From: an uncultured Alphaproteobacteria bacterium
GTDB taxonomy: Bacteria; Pseudomonadota; Alphaproteobacteria; Acetobacterales; Acetobacteraceae
Direction: 5' to 3'
NCBI GenBank assembly: GCA_963740445.1
Contig: CAVUED010000026.1
Location: forward strand, 6,297 to 70,296
Length of the DNA stretch: 64,000 nucleotides
Positions 53,433 through 63,710 of the stretch are shown piece after piece. The position numbers and the translations under genes were made by a program. How positions within the stretch are numbered: position 1 is the stretch's first letter; the number at the start of each line of letters is the position of its first letter. The notes under the pieces are model-generated. The model saw only the letters and a program-made list of their open reading frames with translations. It was not told the DNA's origin and made no database searches.

Positions 53433-54490
53433 TGCGCGTTGTTGTTGCCATGTCCGGCGGGGTCGACAGCTCGGTAGTGGCCGGGCTGATGGCGCGCGCC
53501 GGCCACGAGGTGATCGGCGTGACGTTGCAGCTCTACGATCATGGCGCCGCAGTCGGCCGCAAGGGCGCCTGCTGCGCGGGTTCGGATATTCATGACGCCA
53601 AGCGCGTGGCGGACCGGCTGGGAATCGCGCATTACGTGGTCGATGCCGAGACCCGATTCCGGGACAGCGTGATGTCGGCCTTTGCGGATAGTTATGCGAA
53701 CGGGCAGACGCCGGTGCCGTGCATCGCCTGCAACCAGCATTTGAAATTCGGCGATCTGCTGAGCATGGCGCGTGACTTGGGCGCCGAAGCGCTGGCGACC
53801 GGGCATTATGTGCGCCGCATCGAGGGCGCCAGCGGGGCGGAATTGCACAAGGCTGTGGATGAGAACCGTGACCAGAGCTGGTTTTTATTCGCCACAACGC
53901 GCGAGCAACTGGAATTCTGCCGCTTTCCGCTGGGCGATTTTGGCGCCAAGGCGCAGGTGCGCGCATTGGCGGCGGATATGGGCCTGGTGGTGGCCGACAA
54001 GCCGGACAGCCAGGACATCTGCTTTGTCCCCACCGGCTCTTATGCCGATATTGTGCAAAAATTCCGGCCTGATGCGATGGAAGCCGGGGAGATCGTGGCC
54101 GAGGACGGCGCCGTGCTGGGGGTGCATCAGGGCATCGCGCGCTACACCGTCGGCCAGACCAAACGGCTGGGCAATGTGGCGCAGCGCGGTGGCGAATTGC
54201 AGGTCGTGAAAAAAATCGACTCGGCGACCCGGCAAATCGTCATTGGTCCGCGCGGGGTGGAAAGCCGCGAAATCCGGCTGCGGGACGTGAACTGGCTGAT
54301 CGATCCGCCGGCGGCGGGGTTGCGGGCGGGGGCAAAATTACGGGCGCGGGATTCGCTGCATCCGGCTTGCGTGAGTGCGGATGGGACCGGTGCCGTGATC
54401 ACCCTGGATGAGCCGGCATTGGCCGCGCCGGGGCAGGCGGCGGTGTTTTATGACGGCTCACGCATCCTCGGCGGCGGATTTATCGTTTAG
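53432..54490 (+). CDS. mnmA: tRNA 2-thiouridylase
   Basis: AMSGGVDSS, TPVPC..CN, ATGHY, DSQDICF, PGQAAVFY. Confidence 0.95.
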   Translation: MRVVVAMSGGVDSSVVAGLMARAGHEVIGVTLQLYDHGAAVGRKGACCAGSDIHDAKRVADRLGIAHYVVDAETRFRDSVMSAFADSYANGQTPVPCIACNQHLKFGDLLSMARDLGAEALATGHYVRRIEGASGAELHKAVDENRDQSWFLFATTREQLEFCRFPLGDFGAKAQVRALAADMGLVVADKPDSQDICFVPTGSYADIVQKFRPDAMEAGEIVAEDGAVLGVHQGIARYTVGQTKRLGNVAQRGGELQVVKKIDSATRQIVIGPRGVESREIRLRDVNWLIDPPAAGLRAGAKLRARDSLHPACVSADGTGAVITLDEPALAAPGQAAVFYDGSRILGGGFIV

Positions 54491-54499
54491 GGTCGGACG

Positions 54500-54536
54500 A
54501 CATTTGATGGAATTGCTCAGCGATCCCATCAAATGT
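54500..54536. terminator. Hairpin after mnmA
   Basis: ACATTTGATGG/CCATCAAATGT. Confidence 0.55.
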
Positions 54537-54669
54537 TTGAATCGGCTTTCTTGATTTCTTAACCGTTTGATGTGCAATCTTGGGTTATGGCCACCCGAAA
54601 AAAATTAACTTTTGGGTTGTACCCTCGCTCGCCATCATCAATACTGGTTGGAAACGGCAGGACTTCTGA

Positions 54670-55836
54670 ATGGCTAACGACAGCATCGCATCGGGCGGCA
54701 CCTACACGTTGTCGGCCCCGCTCACCAACGGCACGAATATCGAGTTCCTGAATAATAACGGGGATACCGGCGTGCTGATCCTGACGGATAATGGCCAGGG
54801 CAGCGCGTTCAACATCACCACCACGACGCTTAATGGCACCATTTCAGGCTATGGCGCCAATATCGGTGGCAGCATCCTGAATTTTCAACCCGTCAGCAGT
54901 TTTGGCGTTGGCGGTGATCAGGTCACGATCCAGGTGGTCAAGGATTTGTTCGCGGAATTGTTCGTGGGGGGCACGGCCAACCCCGATTACGTGACTCTGG
55001 TGGACGACATCACGACCGCGGCGATAAACAACAACCAGATTCTGGTCCTGCCCGACGGCACGGTGGAACTGACGGTTGGAACGCCGTTCACGCTGGATGC
55101 CGCGCAGAAAATGGTGATCGAAAACGCCGCCACCGCCCTCTTCGGCACCGCCGCGGCGGCGGATGGCGCGACGCTGGATTTCGGCTTCACCCAGCGCACC
55201 AACCCCAACAGCAACACCAAATTTGTCGATGCCGTGGTGACCACGGATGTGGCCGTGAACCCTTGCTTTGCCGCAGGCACACGCATTCTCACCGTGCGCG
55301 GCGAGATTGCGGTGGAAGACCTGAAGGAAGGCGACATGGTGATCACCCATGCCGGCGAGGAACAACTCATTATCTGGATCGGCCGGCGCGAGGTCGATAT
55401 CGCGGCACATCGCCGGCCGGAAACATTGCGCCCCGTGATCATCGAACCCGGCGCACTGGGCGATGGTGTGCCGGCGCGCCGCCTGGTGGTCTCGCCCGAC
55501 CATGCGCTGTTCCTCGATGGCGTGCTGGTGCCGGCGAAGGAATTATTGAACTGGACGAGCATAAGGCAGGACATCACCGCAACGCGCGTGACGTATTATC
55601 ACGTCGAACTGGCGCGGCACGACATCATTTTCGCGGAAGGCATGCCGGCGGAAACCTATCTCGATACCGGTCATCGCGGCGTGTTCGACAATGCGGAGGC
55701 GCTTATCACCGCGCACCCAGCGCTGATGCAGCAACGCCGGGAGGCGGAAGGTTGCGCGCCACTCTGCCTTGGGGGGCCGATGCTGGCCGCTATCCGCCAG
55801 CGCCTAGCCGCCCGGCAAGTGGGGATCGCGCTCTAG
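54670..55836 (+). CDS. Hint-domain protein
   Basis: Thr/Asn/Gly-rich N-terminal region, then PCFAAGTRI, LVVSPDHAL, YYHVELARHDIIFAEGMPAETY. Confidence 0.88.
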   Translation: MANDSIASGGTYTLSAPLTNGTNIEFLNNNGDTGVLILTDNGQGSAFNITTTTLNGTISGYGANIGGSILNFQPVSSFGVGGDQVTIQVVKDLFAELFVGGTANPDYVTLVDDITTAAINNNQILVLPDGTVELTVGTPFTLDAAQKMVIENAATALFGTAAAADGATLDFGFTQRTNPNSNTKFVDAVVTTDVAVNPCFAAGTRILTVRGEIAVEDLKEGDMVITHAGEEQLIIWIGRREVDIAAHRRPETLRPVIIEPGALGDGVPARRLVVSPDHALFLDGVLVPAKELLNWTSIRQDITATRVTYYHVELARHDIIFAEGMPAETYLDTGHRGVFDNAEALITAHPALMQQRREAEGCAPLCLGGPMLAAIRQRLAARQVGIAL

Positions 55837-57578
55837 CGGGGCAGCAGTGCGCCGCCGGCCAGGGATAGGTGGCGCTCGTTGGGGGCGAGCATGTCGCGGT
55901 GGGTGATGGAGACAATGGTGGTTTGGGCAAGTTGTTCCCTCAGCGCAGCATGGATTTTCGCGGCGAGCGGCGTGTCCAGGGCTGATGTGGCTTCGTCGAT
56001 GAAGAGCCAGTCTGGCTTGGTGATGAGGGCGCGGGTGATGGCGAGGCGCTGCTGCTCGCCGCCGGAAAGAATTTGGCCCCAGTTATCGGTTTCATGCAGG
56101 CGGGGGATGAGGTTTTCCAGTCCGACGGCGGTGAGTGCTTGCGTGATGGCGTCGTCCGTGAAATCCGCTTCGATGCCGGGATAGGTGATCGCGCGTTTGA
56201 GTGTGCCCAGCGGAAAATAGGGGCGCTGCGGCAGAAAGAGCGCGCTTCCGCGCGGGCGGGCGACATGGCCTTCGCCGAAAGGCCATATGCCGGCGATGGC
56301 GCGGAACAGCGTGGATTTACCCGCACCCGAGGCGCCGGTGAGGATGATAGGCTCGCCTGGCGGTAGCGAAAGACTTGCATTTTCAAGGAGTTTTCGCCCG
56401 TCTGGCAGGCTCAGTGTGAGGTTGTGAAAATGCAGCGCTTCACCCTGGTGCTGGAGTTGCGGGCCGGCGGCGGAGGCGAGACGGGCGGCTGCGACGGCCT
56501 CTTTAAAGCCGTGAAGACGCGAGACAGTGGCGCGCAGGGTGACGAGGCTGGTATATTGCCCCACGATCCAGGAGAGCGGCCCCTGGACCTGGCCAAAGAC
56601 GGTGCTGATCTGGACGAGATCGCCAAGCTGGATAAGCCCCGAGAAATAGCGTGGGGCCGCGGCGGCGAGGGGAAACACACTTGAGACGACGCTAAATCCG
56701 TTGGTGAAGAACCCCAAAATCTTCGTTCGCCGCATGATCGCCCACCAGTTTGTCCTGACATTGGCAAAGCGCTCGCGCAGCGTCATGAGTTCCTCGGCCT
56801 CGCCGCCAGAAAGTGCGATCGCCTCCGGGTTATCGCGTACCCGGATGAGGTTGTAACGGAAATCAGCTTCCACTTTCTGTTGGTTGAAGCTGAGACTGAT
56901 AAGTTTGCGGCCGATGCGATGGGTGATCCAGGTGCCGATGACTGAATATATGATGGCAAGCCAGAGCATGTAGCCGGGGATGGTGATGCCGAACAGTGTT
57001 ATCGAGCCCGAAATGACGTAGAGCACCGTGACGAAGCTGAGGAGTGTCACGACGTTCGACATCAGGTCGAGGCTGAGCGCCAGTGAGTTAGAGGTGAAAT
57101 CCGCCAGGTCTTGGGATATCCGCTGGTCCGGATTGTCGATACCCAGGGTGCCCGTTTTGGCGAGGCTGATATTGTAAAAAGCGCGATCCGCCAGCCACCG
57201 CTCGGTAAAATCGCGGGTCAGCCATTGCCGCCAGCGGATTTGCAGCATCTGGTTGAGGTAGAGCGCATAAACCGCCACGACAATAAAGATGGCGGCGTAT
57301 TCGGCAAAACCGAGGATGACGTAGGGGAAAGTTTTAATCTTCTCGACGGAGAACAATAAAGTGATGAAGGTTGAGAATTGTTTGTGCTGCAGCGCATTAT
57401 AGAATTCACGTTGCCAGTAGGTGAATTCGACGTTCAGCCCGGTGAGGATGAGGTTCAGGACAACGATGGCGGCCAGCAGGCCGATGGCGGACCAGCGTTC
57501 CTCGGAGGAGAAATAGGGCTTTGCCAGGGCCCAGCCTTCGCGCAGGCCGGTGAGAAGGCTGGTAATGGAACGGCGCAT
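55833..57578 (-). CDS. Fused ABC permease/ATPase (YddA/ExsE-like)
   Basis: DNPDQRI, EADFR, GASGAGKS, LSGGEQQR, DEATSALD. Confidence 0.9.
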   Translation of the reverse strand: MRRSITSLLTGLREGWALAKPYFSSEERWSAIGLLAAIVVLNLILTGLNVEFTYWQREFYNALQHKQFSTFITLLFSVEKIKTFPYVILGFAEYAAIFIVVAVYALYLNQMLQIRWRQWLTRDFTERWLADRAFYNISLAKTGTLGIDNPDQRISQDLADFTSNSLALSLDLMSNVVTLLSFVTVLYVISGSITLFGITIPGYMLWLAIIYSVIGTWITHRIGRKLISLSFNQQKVEADFRYNLIRVRDNPEAIALSGGEAEELMTLRERFANVRTNWWAIMRRTKILGFFTNGFSVVSSVFPLAAAAPRYFSGLIQLGDLVQISTVFGQVQGPLSWIVGQYTSLVTLRATVSRLHGFKEAVAAARLASAAGPQLQHQGEALHFHNLTLSLPDGRKLLENASLSLPPGEPIILTGASGAGKSTLFRAIAGIWPFGEGHVARPRGSALFLPQRPYFPLGTLKRAITYPGIEADFTDDAITQALTAVGLENLIPRLHETDNWGQILSGGEQQRLAITRALITKPDWLFIDEATSALDTPLAAKIHAALREQLAQTTIVSITHRDMLAPNERHLSLAGGALLPR

Positions 57579-57605
57579 GTTTCTGTACCTCTTCCCTGGT
57601 GCTGA

Positions 57606-57869
57606 CTATTCGGCGGATTTGAGGCGCAGGCGGATGACGCCGCGGGCATCTTCCGGCGGCACTGGCTTGCCCTTGCGTAAAAATTCGATGCGCCCGGCTT
57701 TGGCCAGGCGCATGGCCGCAAGGCGGATGGGAGACAGACTGCCCCGCCATTTATCGTCCGGCGGATTGCCGGCCAGGGCGCGGGCGGCCTCTGTTGGGGA
57801 GATGGATTTTTGCGCGCCCTTGGCAGCCAGCAGGGTGAGAATCGCTTGTTCGGCGGGGTCTGAGGTCAT
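57606..57869 (-). CDS. DUF3253-like small protein
   Basis: KSISPTEAARAL, W...IR.AA, RKGKPV, GVIRLR. Confidence 0.75.
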   Translation of the reverse strand: MTSDPAEQAILTLLAAKGAQKSISPTEAARALAGNPPDDKWRGSLSPIRLAAMRLAKAGRIEFLRKGKPVPPEDARGVIRLRLKSAE

Positions 57870-57920
57870 GTTGCCCCGCTTATGCCTAAACTGGCGGCGG
57901 AGCGAAAGGCGGGTGCTGAA

Positions 57921-58809
57921 TTAGCCGGTGGCGAGCATGGCGGAAATTTCGGCGGCGGAGACCGGCTGGCTGAAATAGGCGCCCTGACCCTCATCGCAGC
58001 CGATTTCGCAGAGCAGTTTGAATTGCGGCTCGCTCTCCACGCCGTCCGCCAATACTGTGCAGCCGAGCGTGTGCCCGGCGTCGATGGCGGCCTGGACGAT
58101 CGCGGTATCGGACTGAGCCTCGCCCAGGTTCTGGATCATCGAGCGGTCGAGCCGCAACGTGGTAAGCGGCAGGCGCTTGAGCGCGCTCAAGCTGGCATAG
58201 CCGGCGCCGAAATTATTCAGCGCCATGCGCACACCGATGCCGTGCAGGGCTTTCAGGCAAAAAATCGTGTCGTCGTTATCGTCGATCAGCATGGTCTCGG
58301 TAAGTTCCAGCTCCAGACGTTCGGGCGCCAGCCCCGAATGGCTCAGGACTTCGAGAAGCTGGCGGATCAGCCTTCCGCTCTGCAAATGGCGCAGTGACAG
58401 TGTGACGGCGACGGAGAGGCAATTGGGCCAGGTGCTGGCTTCCATGCAGGCCTGGAGCAGCATCCAGCCGGCGACATCGTTGATGACATCCGAGCGCTCG
58501 GCCACGGGCATGAAATGATTGGCGGTAATGAGGCCACGGCGATTGTGTTGCAGGCGGATGAGTGATTCGGCTCCTCGGATAAGCCCGGATTTGAGCGAGA
58601 CCACAGGCTGGTAGAGCAACACGAAGCCGCCGGTGCTCAGCGCTTGGCGCAGGCGCTGCGTGATGCGCCGGCGCTCGGTAATCTCCCGCCTGGCCGTGCG
58701 CAGGCGCAGCTCGCGCGCCGAATTCCCCGCCGGCCGCGATATCGGCGGTTGGCGACGAGGCGGAAGCCGCCAGAATCAACTCAGATTGAGGTTTTGATAA
58801 ATGCGGCAT
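57921..58809 (-). CDS. Stand-alone degenerate EAL-domain protein; 5' end uncertain or frameshifted
   Basis: LLYQPVV, ESLIR, LELELTE, NNFGAGY, LADGVE, QGAYFSQP. Confidence 0.82.
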
Positions 58810-58912
58810 GGGAGGCAGTGCTGGTCATGAAAGTGACACTGCATCCGAGAAACTTAATGGTTAGGAAATGTTATTTTTATATATTCAGGCAAACTTTTGC
58901 AGGAACTTTCGA

Positions 58913-59042
58913 TAGAGCGCGATCGTTTGAGGTTAAATTGCTACATATGTTTAGAGGGCGATCCACCGTTCATATCAAATCACCAGGTGGTTTGATATGA
59001 ACGGATCGCGCTCCAGATTCAACCTCAAACGATCGCACTCTA
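58913..59042. repeat. Nested palindromic repeat element (TAGAG..GATC family)
   Basis: Outer arms TAGAGCGCGATCGTTTGAGGTT/AACCTCAAACGATCGCACTCTA enclose inner arms CCGTTCATATCAAA/TTTGATATGAACGG. Confidence 0.7.
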
Positions 59043-59044
59043 AA

Positions 59045-59329
59045 TCAAAGGTTCTTCCAGAACGACACCGTGCAGCTAACAATCGTCGGCGTGTCGGGGT
59101 GGGCATTTGCCTCCGCCATGCTGGTTGCCTGGCCGGTCGCAGCGGCCTGGCCGATGGAGTTGATGATGCCATAGACCGGCCCGCTGGAGCCGCCGGCGAT
59201 GCTGGACGCGGTCGTGCGGACATTATATTTCTCCAGAGCCTTGCAGGCATTTATGCTGCCGCCGGCGACCAGGGGCACAATAAAAAACGCCGCAATCAAA
59301 ATAATGATCGCGCCAACAATAATTTTCAT
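59045..59329 (-). CDS. Small exported or membrane-anchored hypothetical protein
   Basis: N-terminal hydrophobic segment, two Cys, AAGGA RBS. Confidence 0.7.
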   Translation of the reverse strand: MKIIVGAIIILIAAFFIVPLVAGGSINACKALEKYNVRTTASSIAGGSSGPVYGIINSIGQAAATGQATSMAEANAHPDTPTIVSCTVSFWKNL

Positions 59330-59412
59330 GAGCTAAGTCCTTGGTTGTTGCGTTAACCTGAAGTGATCAGGCTAGAACGGTGAATCGCCATTCGATCAAA
59401 AGTGATTTGGCT

Positions 59413-59559
59413 CTAGAAATCCGTGCAGCGGCCGTTCTTTTCCCAATCGCCGTAGCGCGTCGGTTCCGGGCCTTTTTGTCCGCCGATTTCCGGCGGCAGT
59501 TTTTGTGCCGGTTTTTGCTCATCCGGCTTGGTGTCTGGCGTTTTTTCGTCGTCGGTCAT
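59413..59559 (-). CDS. DUF1674 / SDHAF4-like small protein, 48 aa (absent from the ORF track)
   Basis: EIGGQKGPEPTRYGDWEKNGRCTDF signature. Confidence 0.88.
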   Translation of the reverse strand: MTDDEKTPDTKPDEQKPAQKLPPEIGGQKGPEPTRYGDWEKNGRCTDF

Positions 59560-59609
59560 GACGAATACCTGGGACAGTGATTGTGGTTTCGCAAGCGACG
59601 CGGCGTGAA

Positions 59610-60237
59610 TTATTGCGCGGGTTGTTGTGTGGCCTCGGCGATGCGCTGTTCATCCAGCGGCCGCCAGGAGGCTTTCGGCGGCGCATTGCTAAGCGATTGC
59701 TTGAAATAGGCGAGTGCCTCGGGCGTGATGGTGCCAGCCACCTCGGATAATGCTTCGGCGAGATAAGCCTGGCCCTGGCTGGCATCGGGAGAATTCGGGT
59801 CCTCGCTTGCGAGCCGCATCTTTATGGCCGTGATGAACTCTTGCAACTGGGCGGTCGCCTCCTGCTGCTTGACCACCCATTGGGCATGCGGCTCGGAGGG
59901 GATGTTTGGTGTGCTGCCGGGCAGATAGAGGGCAAAGGCCATGACCGGCACGGCCACCACGGTGGCGATGAGCAGAAACCGGGCATTGCCATCGGGGGCC
60001 GGTTCGCTGGAGCCATCGGCGACCAGAAGCCGGCGTTCCACCTCCAGCTTCGCAGCACCGTATTCCGGTGCCGCGATCCGCCCGCTCCGCCAGATCGCGC
60101 GACAGCTCTTCAAGCTGTGCCCTGTGCAGCGCCAATGCGGCCTCGCGCCGGTTGCGGGTGGCCTTTTTGCGGCCAAAAACCAGCAGCAACGGCGCCATCA
60201 GGATAATGGCAAGGCCGAACATGTAGAGGAATATCAT
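59610..60237 (-). CDS. ccmI: Cytochrome c biogenesis protein CcmI (frameshift near 60080)
   Basis: N-terminal TM, QLEELSRDL, EVERRLL, LYLPGS; follows ccmH. Confidence 0.78.
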
Positions 60238-60677
60238 TTCAGCAACTCATTCAGCCGGGCACGGTCGGCATCACTTAAGGGGGCGGGCGCGGAAACAGGG
60301 CCGCGCCGGGCGAACCAGAACACCAGGAAGCCGAGCAACAGCACCAGGAAGGGCGAGGCGTAGAGTGCCCAGGTGAGCGGCATGAAGGGCGGTTTGAGGA
60401 GCACGAAAATGCCGTAGCGCTGCACCATGAACGCCATGATGCTTTTGCTGCTATCGCCTGCCACGACGTGCTGGCGGATGATAACGCGGAGCTGCTTGGC
60501 CAGGGCGGCGGAGGAGCCTTCGATGCTCTCATTCTGGCAGACCAGGCAGCGCAGTTGGTCGCCGATGGCTTCCGCGCGGGCTTCCTGTTGCTGGGTGAGG
60601 GTAATGCCATCGCGCGATATGGTTTGCCCCCAGGCCATGGCAGGCAGAAACGCGATGAGAAAGAGCAGAATTTTCAT
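60234..60677 (-). CDS. ccmH: Cytochrome c biogenesis protein CcmH
   Basis: LRCLVCQNESI, RYG.FVLLKPP. Confidence 0.9.
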   Translation of the reverse strand: MKILLFLIAFLPAMAWGQTISRDGITLTQQQEARAEAIGDQLRCLVCQNESIEGSSAALAKQLRVIIRQHVVAGDSSKSIMAFMVQRYGIFVLLKPPFMPLTWALYASPFLVLLLGFLVFWFARRGPVSAPAPLSDADRARLNELLK

Positions 60678-61234
60678 GAATATTTCTGGAGAAGCGGGTT
60701 GAGCATGGTCTCCACTACGTCGTCGGTCAGCGCGCCAGCATAGCGCCATCGGACGATTCCTGTTTTGTCGATGAAATAGGTTTCCGGCACACCGTATACC
60801 CCCCAGTTGATGGCAGTCAGGCCGGAGACATCGGCGGCCAGGCGTATATACGGGTTGCCGTTTTCGGACAGAAAGTTTTGCAGCGCGCCTGGTGCTGCGT
60901 CTTCGTAAGCGATGCCCCAGATCGGCAGGCCGGATTTGGCGAGTTTGGCCAACATTGGCGCTTCCTGCAAACATGGAATGCACCAGGAGGCGAACCAGTT
61001 CACCAGCATCGGCTGCTTTGGCGCCAGGAGGTCGGTGTTGGAGAAACCTTGGGCGCCGGCGGCGCCCGGCAGTGTGAATGCCGGCGGGCGCTTGCCGATA
61101 AGCGGCGAGGGCAGCGCATGGGGATCGTAGTCGTTCTCCTGCATACGGCGGAGAATGGTATAGAATCCGATACCGGCGCCTGTGACAATGCCAAGCGGAA
61201 TCCCGAATAACAGGCGACGGCGTAACGGTGACAT
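60674..61234 (-). CDS. ccmG: Thiol:disulfide interchange protein CcmG/DsbE
   Basis: LPSPLIGK, FASWCIPC, GVYGVPET. Confidence 0.92.
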   Translation of the reverse strand: MSPLRRRLLFGIPLGIVTGAGIGFYTILRRMQENDYDPHALPSPLIGKRPPAFTLPGAAGAQGFSNTDLLAPKQPMLVNWFASWCIPCLQEAPMLAKLAKSGLPIWGIAYEDAAPGALQNFLSENGNPYIRLAADVSGLTAINWGVYGVPETYFIDKTGIVRWRYAGALTDDVVETMLNPLLQKYS

Positions 61235-61238
61235 GTTT

Positions 61239-63207
61239 TTAAGCGACTGCCCCGGCTGGTTTTTTGCGGCGGGAAGGTGCGCCAACGCGCAGGCGCCGGT
61301 CGGAGAGCGAAATACCGCCGCCCAGAGCCATGATCAGCCCGCCGAACCAGATTTCCGGCGCCAGCGGATGGCGGTTGAGCCGCAATTCCGCGCCGCCGCT
61401 GCCGGCAGGCTCATCGGCAAACACCGCGTAGATGTCCTGGAAGCCGTTAGTGTGGATCGCCGCATCGTTGGTGATCACCTTTTGCGCCGTGAAGAAGCGC
61501 CGCGACGGGTGCATGGTGAGGAAGGCATGGCCGTTTTCGGAGAGGGTGATGTCCGCGACACGCTGGGTATAATTCGGGCCGGGGGCGTCGTGGATGTCAT
61601 TCAGGGTCCAGGTATAGCCGCCCAGGGTGGTGGACTGGCCGGGCTGCAACACGATGACCTTCTGGGTTGCCAGGGTCATGCCGGCGATGCCGAGCACGGT
61701 GACGCCGAAGCCGATATGCCCGAGCGTGGCGCCGATGGCGGCGCGGGGCAGCGCGGACAGACGCGCCAGAGACACGCTGGCCGGCACACGGAACAGGCGT
61801 ATGCGCTCGGCCAGGTCGGTGAGTGCCGAGAATACGACCCAGGCGCCGCCAGCCAGGCCGAGAGCCGCGATGATGTGGCGGTCGGCCGCGACGACCAAAA
61901 AGATGATGCCAGCGGCAGCCGCCGCGAGCCACAGGCGTCCAAGTGCTGGCATCAGCGCCGCGCGCTTCCAGGCCAGTTGCGGCCCGATCGCCATGGCGAG
62001 GATGAGTGGTGCCGTGAGGGGCAACACCGTCTGATTAAAGAACGGAGCGCCGACGGAAAGCTGGATGCCGAATAGCAGGTTGGCAAAGGGCGGGTAGAGT
62101 GTGCCGACGAAGACCACCGCGGCAATGGAGCAGAGAAAAATGTTGTTGAGCACGAGCGCGCTCTCACGGCTCAGCGGCGCGAAAATGCCGGTGGCGGCCA
62201 GAACTGGCGCGCGGATCGCGAACAGCAGCAGCGAGCCGCCGATGGTGATGCCCAGCAATGCCAGAATGAACAGCCCCTGGTCCGGCGCCGCGGCGAAGGA
62301 ATGCACGGAGTTGAGAATGCCCGAGCGCACCAGGAACGTGCCTGAGAGGCTGAGCGAGAAGGTTGCAATCGCCAGCAATACCGTCCAGGCTTTCAGAGCC
62401 TCACGCTTCTCCACCACAATCGCGCAATGCAGCAGCGCGGTTCCCGTGAGCCACGGCAGCAGCGCCGCGTTCTCCACCGGGTCCCAGAACCAGAACCCGC
62501 CCCAGCCCAGCGTGTAATAAGACCACCAGCTCCCCAGCGCGATGCCGGCGGTGAGAAAACACCAGGAGAGCAGCGCCCAGGGGCGGACCCAGCGGCCCCA
62601 GGCCGCGTCGATCCGGCCTTCGATCAGGGCCGCGATGGCAAAAGCGAAAGCCACGGAAAACCCGACATAGCCGGTGTATAAAACCGGTGGATGGAAGGCG
62701 AGGCCCGGGTCCTGCAAAATCGGGTTCACGCCCACGCCTTGCAGCGGTGGCGGCCATAGGCGCGTGAAAGGGTCGGAAACCATGAGGGTGAACAGCAAGA
62801 ACCCGCCGGAGACCAGGCCCAGCACGCCCAGCACCCGCGACTTGAGCGAAGCCGGCAGATTATGCCCGAACGCCGCAACAGTCGCCCCGCAGAGCGACAA
62901 AATAAAGCACCACAACACCATGGAGCCGTCATGGTTCCCCCAGGTGCCGGAAATCCGGTAGATCAACGGAACCTGTGAGGACGAGAAATCCGCGACATTC
63001 TCGACCGTGAAATCCGACACTACGCCGGCGTAAATCAAACCCAGAAACGCGGCGCCGATGGCCAGAAAATGACTCAACGCCAGACCTGGCGCCGCGCGCA
63101 TCGCCCGCGAGTCCCCGCAATCCGGGTGCGAATATCCCAACCACGCCCTGTGCGAATGCCAGCGCCACCGCCAGCGCCAGCGCGAAATGTCCGAGTTCTG
63201 GGATCAT
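61239..63207 (-). CDS. ccmF: Heme lyase CcmF (frameshift near 63120)
   Basis: MIPELGHFAL start, HPPVLYTGY, WGGFWFWDPVEN, LVRSG..SVHSF. Confidence 0.93.
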
Positions 63208-63710
63208 GAACTGGTGCTCTTTACTTGCATGGTGTTCCACGTGTCAGCGGCGGGTGGAGGACCATATTTCGGGTTCCATTTGCCAGCGTTTTTGAGGGCT
63301 TGTTCAACGTCTTTGGGCATGTAGGAGGCGCCGTGCTTGGCCAGCACCTGGTCGGCGGAGAAGGTTCCGGCGGGGGTCATGGCGCCGATGGCGACGATGC
63401 CCTGGCCCTCGCGGAACAGGTCCGGGAGGAGGCCGGTGAAGGTGACCGGGATGGAGGCCTGGCCGTCGGTGACGCGGAAAGAGGTTGTCGGTGAGCCGTG
63501 ATTGATAACGGTGGCGACGGAGCCGACCTGGACAATGCCGCCGAGCCTGAAATCCATGCCCGGAGCCGGGTTTTTGGCGATCACGCTGGAGGGTGAAAGG
63601 AAGTAGGTGAGGGTGGAGGAAAACGCGGTGAGCGATAAGCCTACCGCCGCACTCAGGCAGAGGCCGCTGGCGAGCAGGAGGTAGAGCCGGCGTTTTTTGG
63701 GTGCGCGCAT
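63204..63710 (-). CDS. ccmE: Heme chaperone CcmE
   Basis: RLGGIV, LPDLFREGQG, VLAKHGASYMP. Confidence 0.93.
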   Translation of the reverse strand: MRAPKKRRLYLLLASGLCLSAAVGLSLTAFSSTLTYFLSPSSVIAKNPAPGMDFRLGGIVQVGSVATVINHGSPTTSFRVTDGQASIPVTFTGLLPDLFREGQGIVAIGAMTPAGTFSADQVLAKHGASYMPKDVEQALKNAGKWNPKYGPPPAADTWNTMQVKSTSS

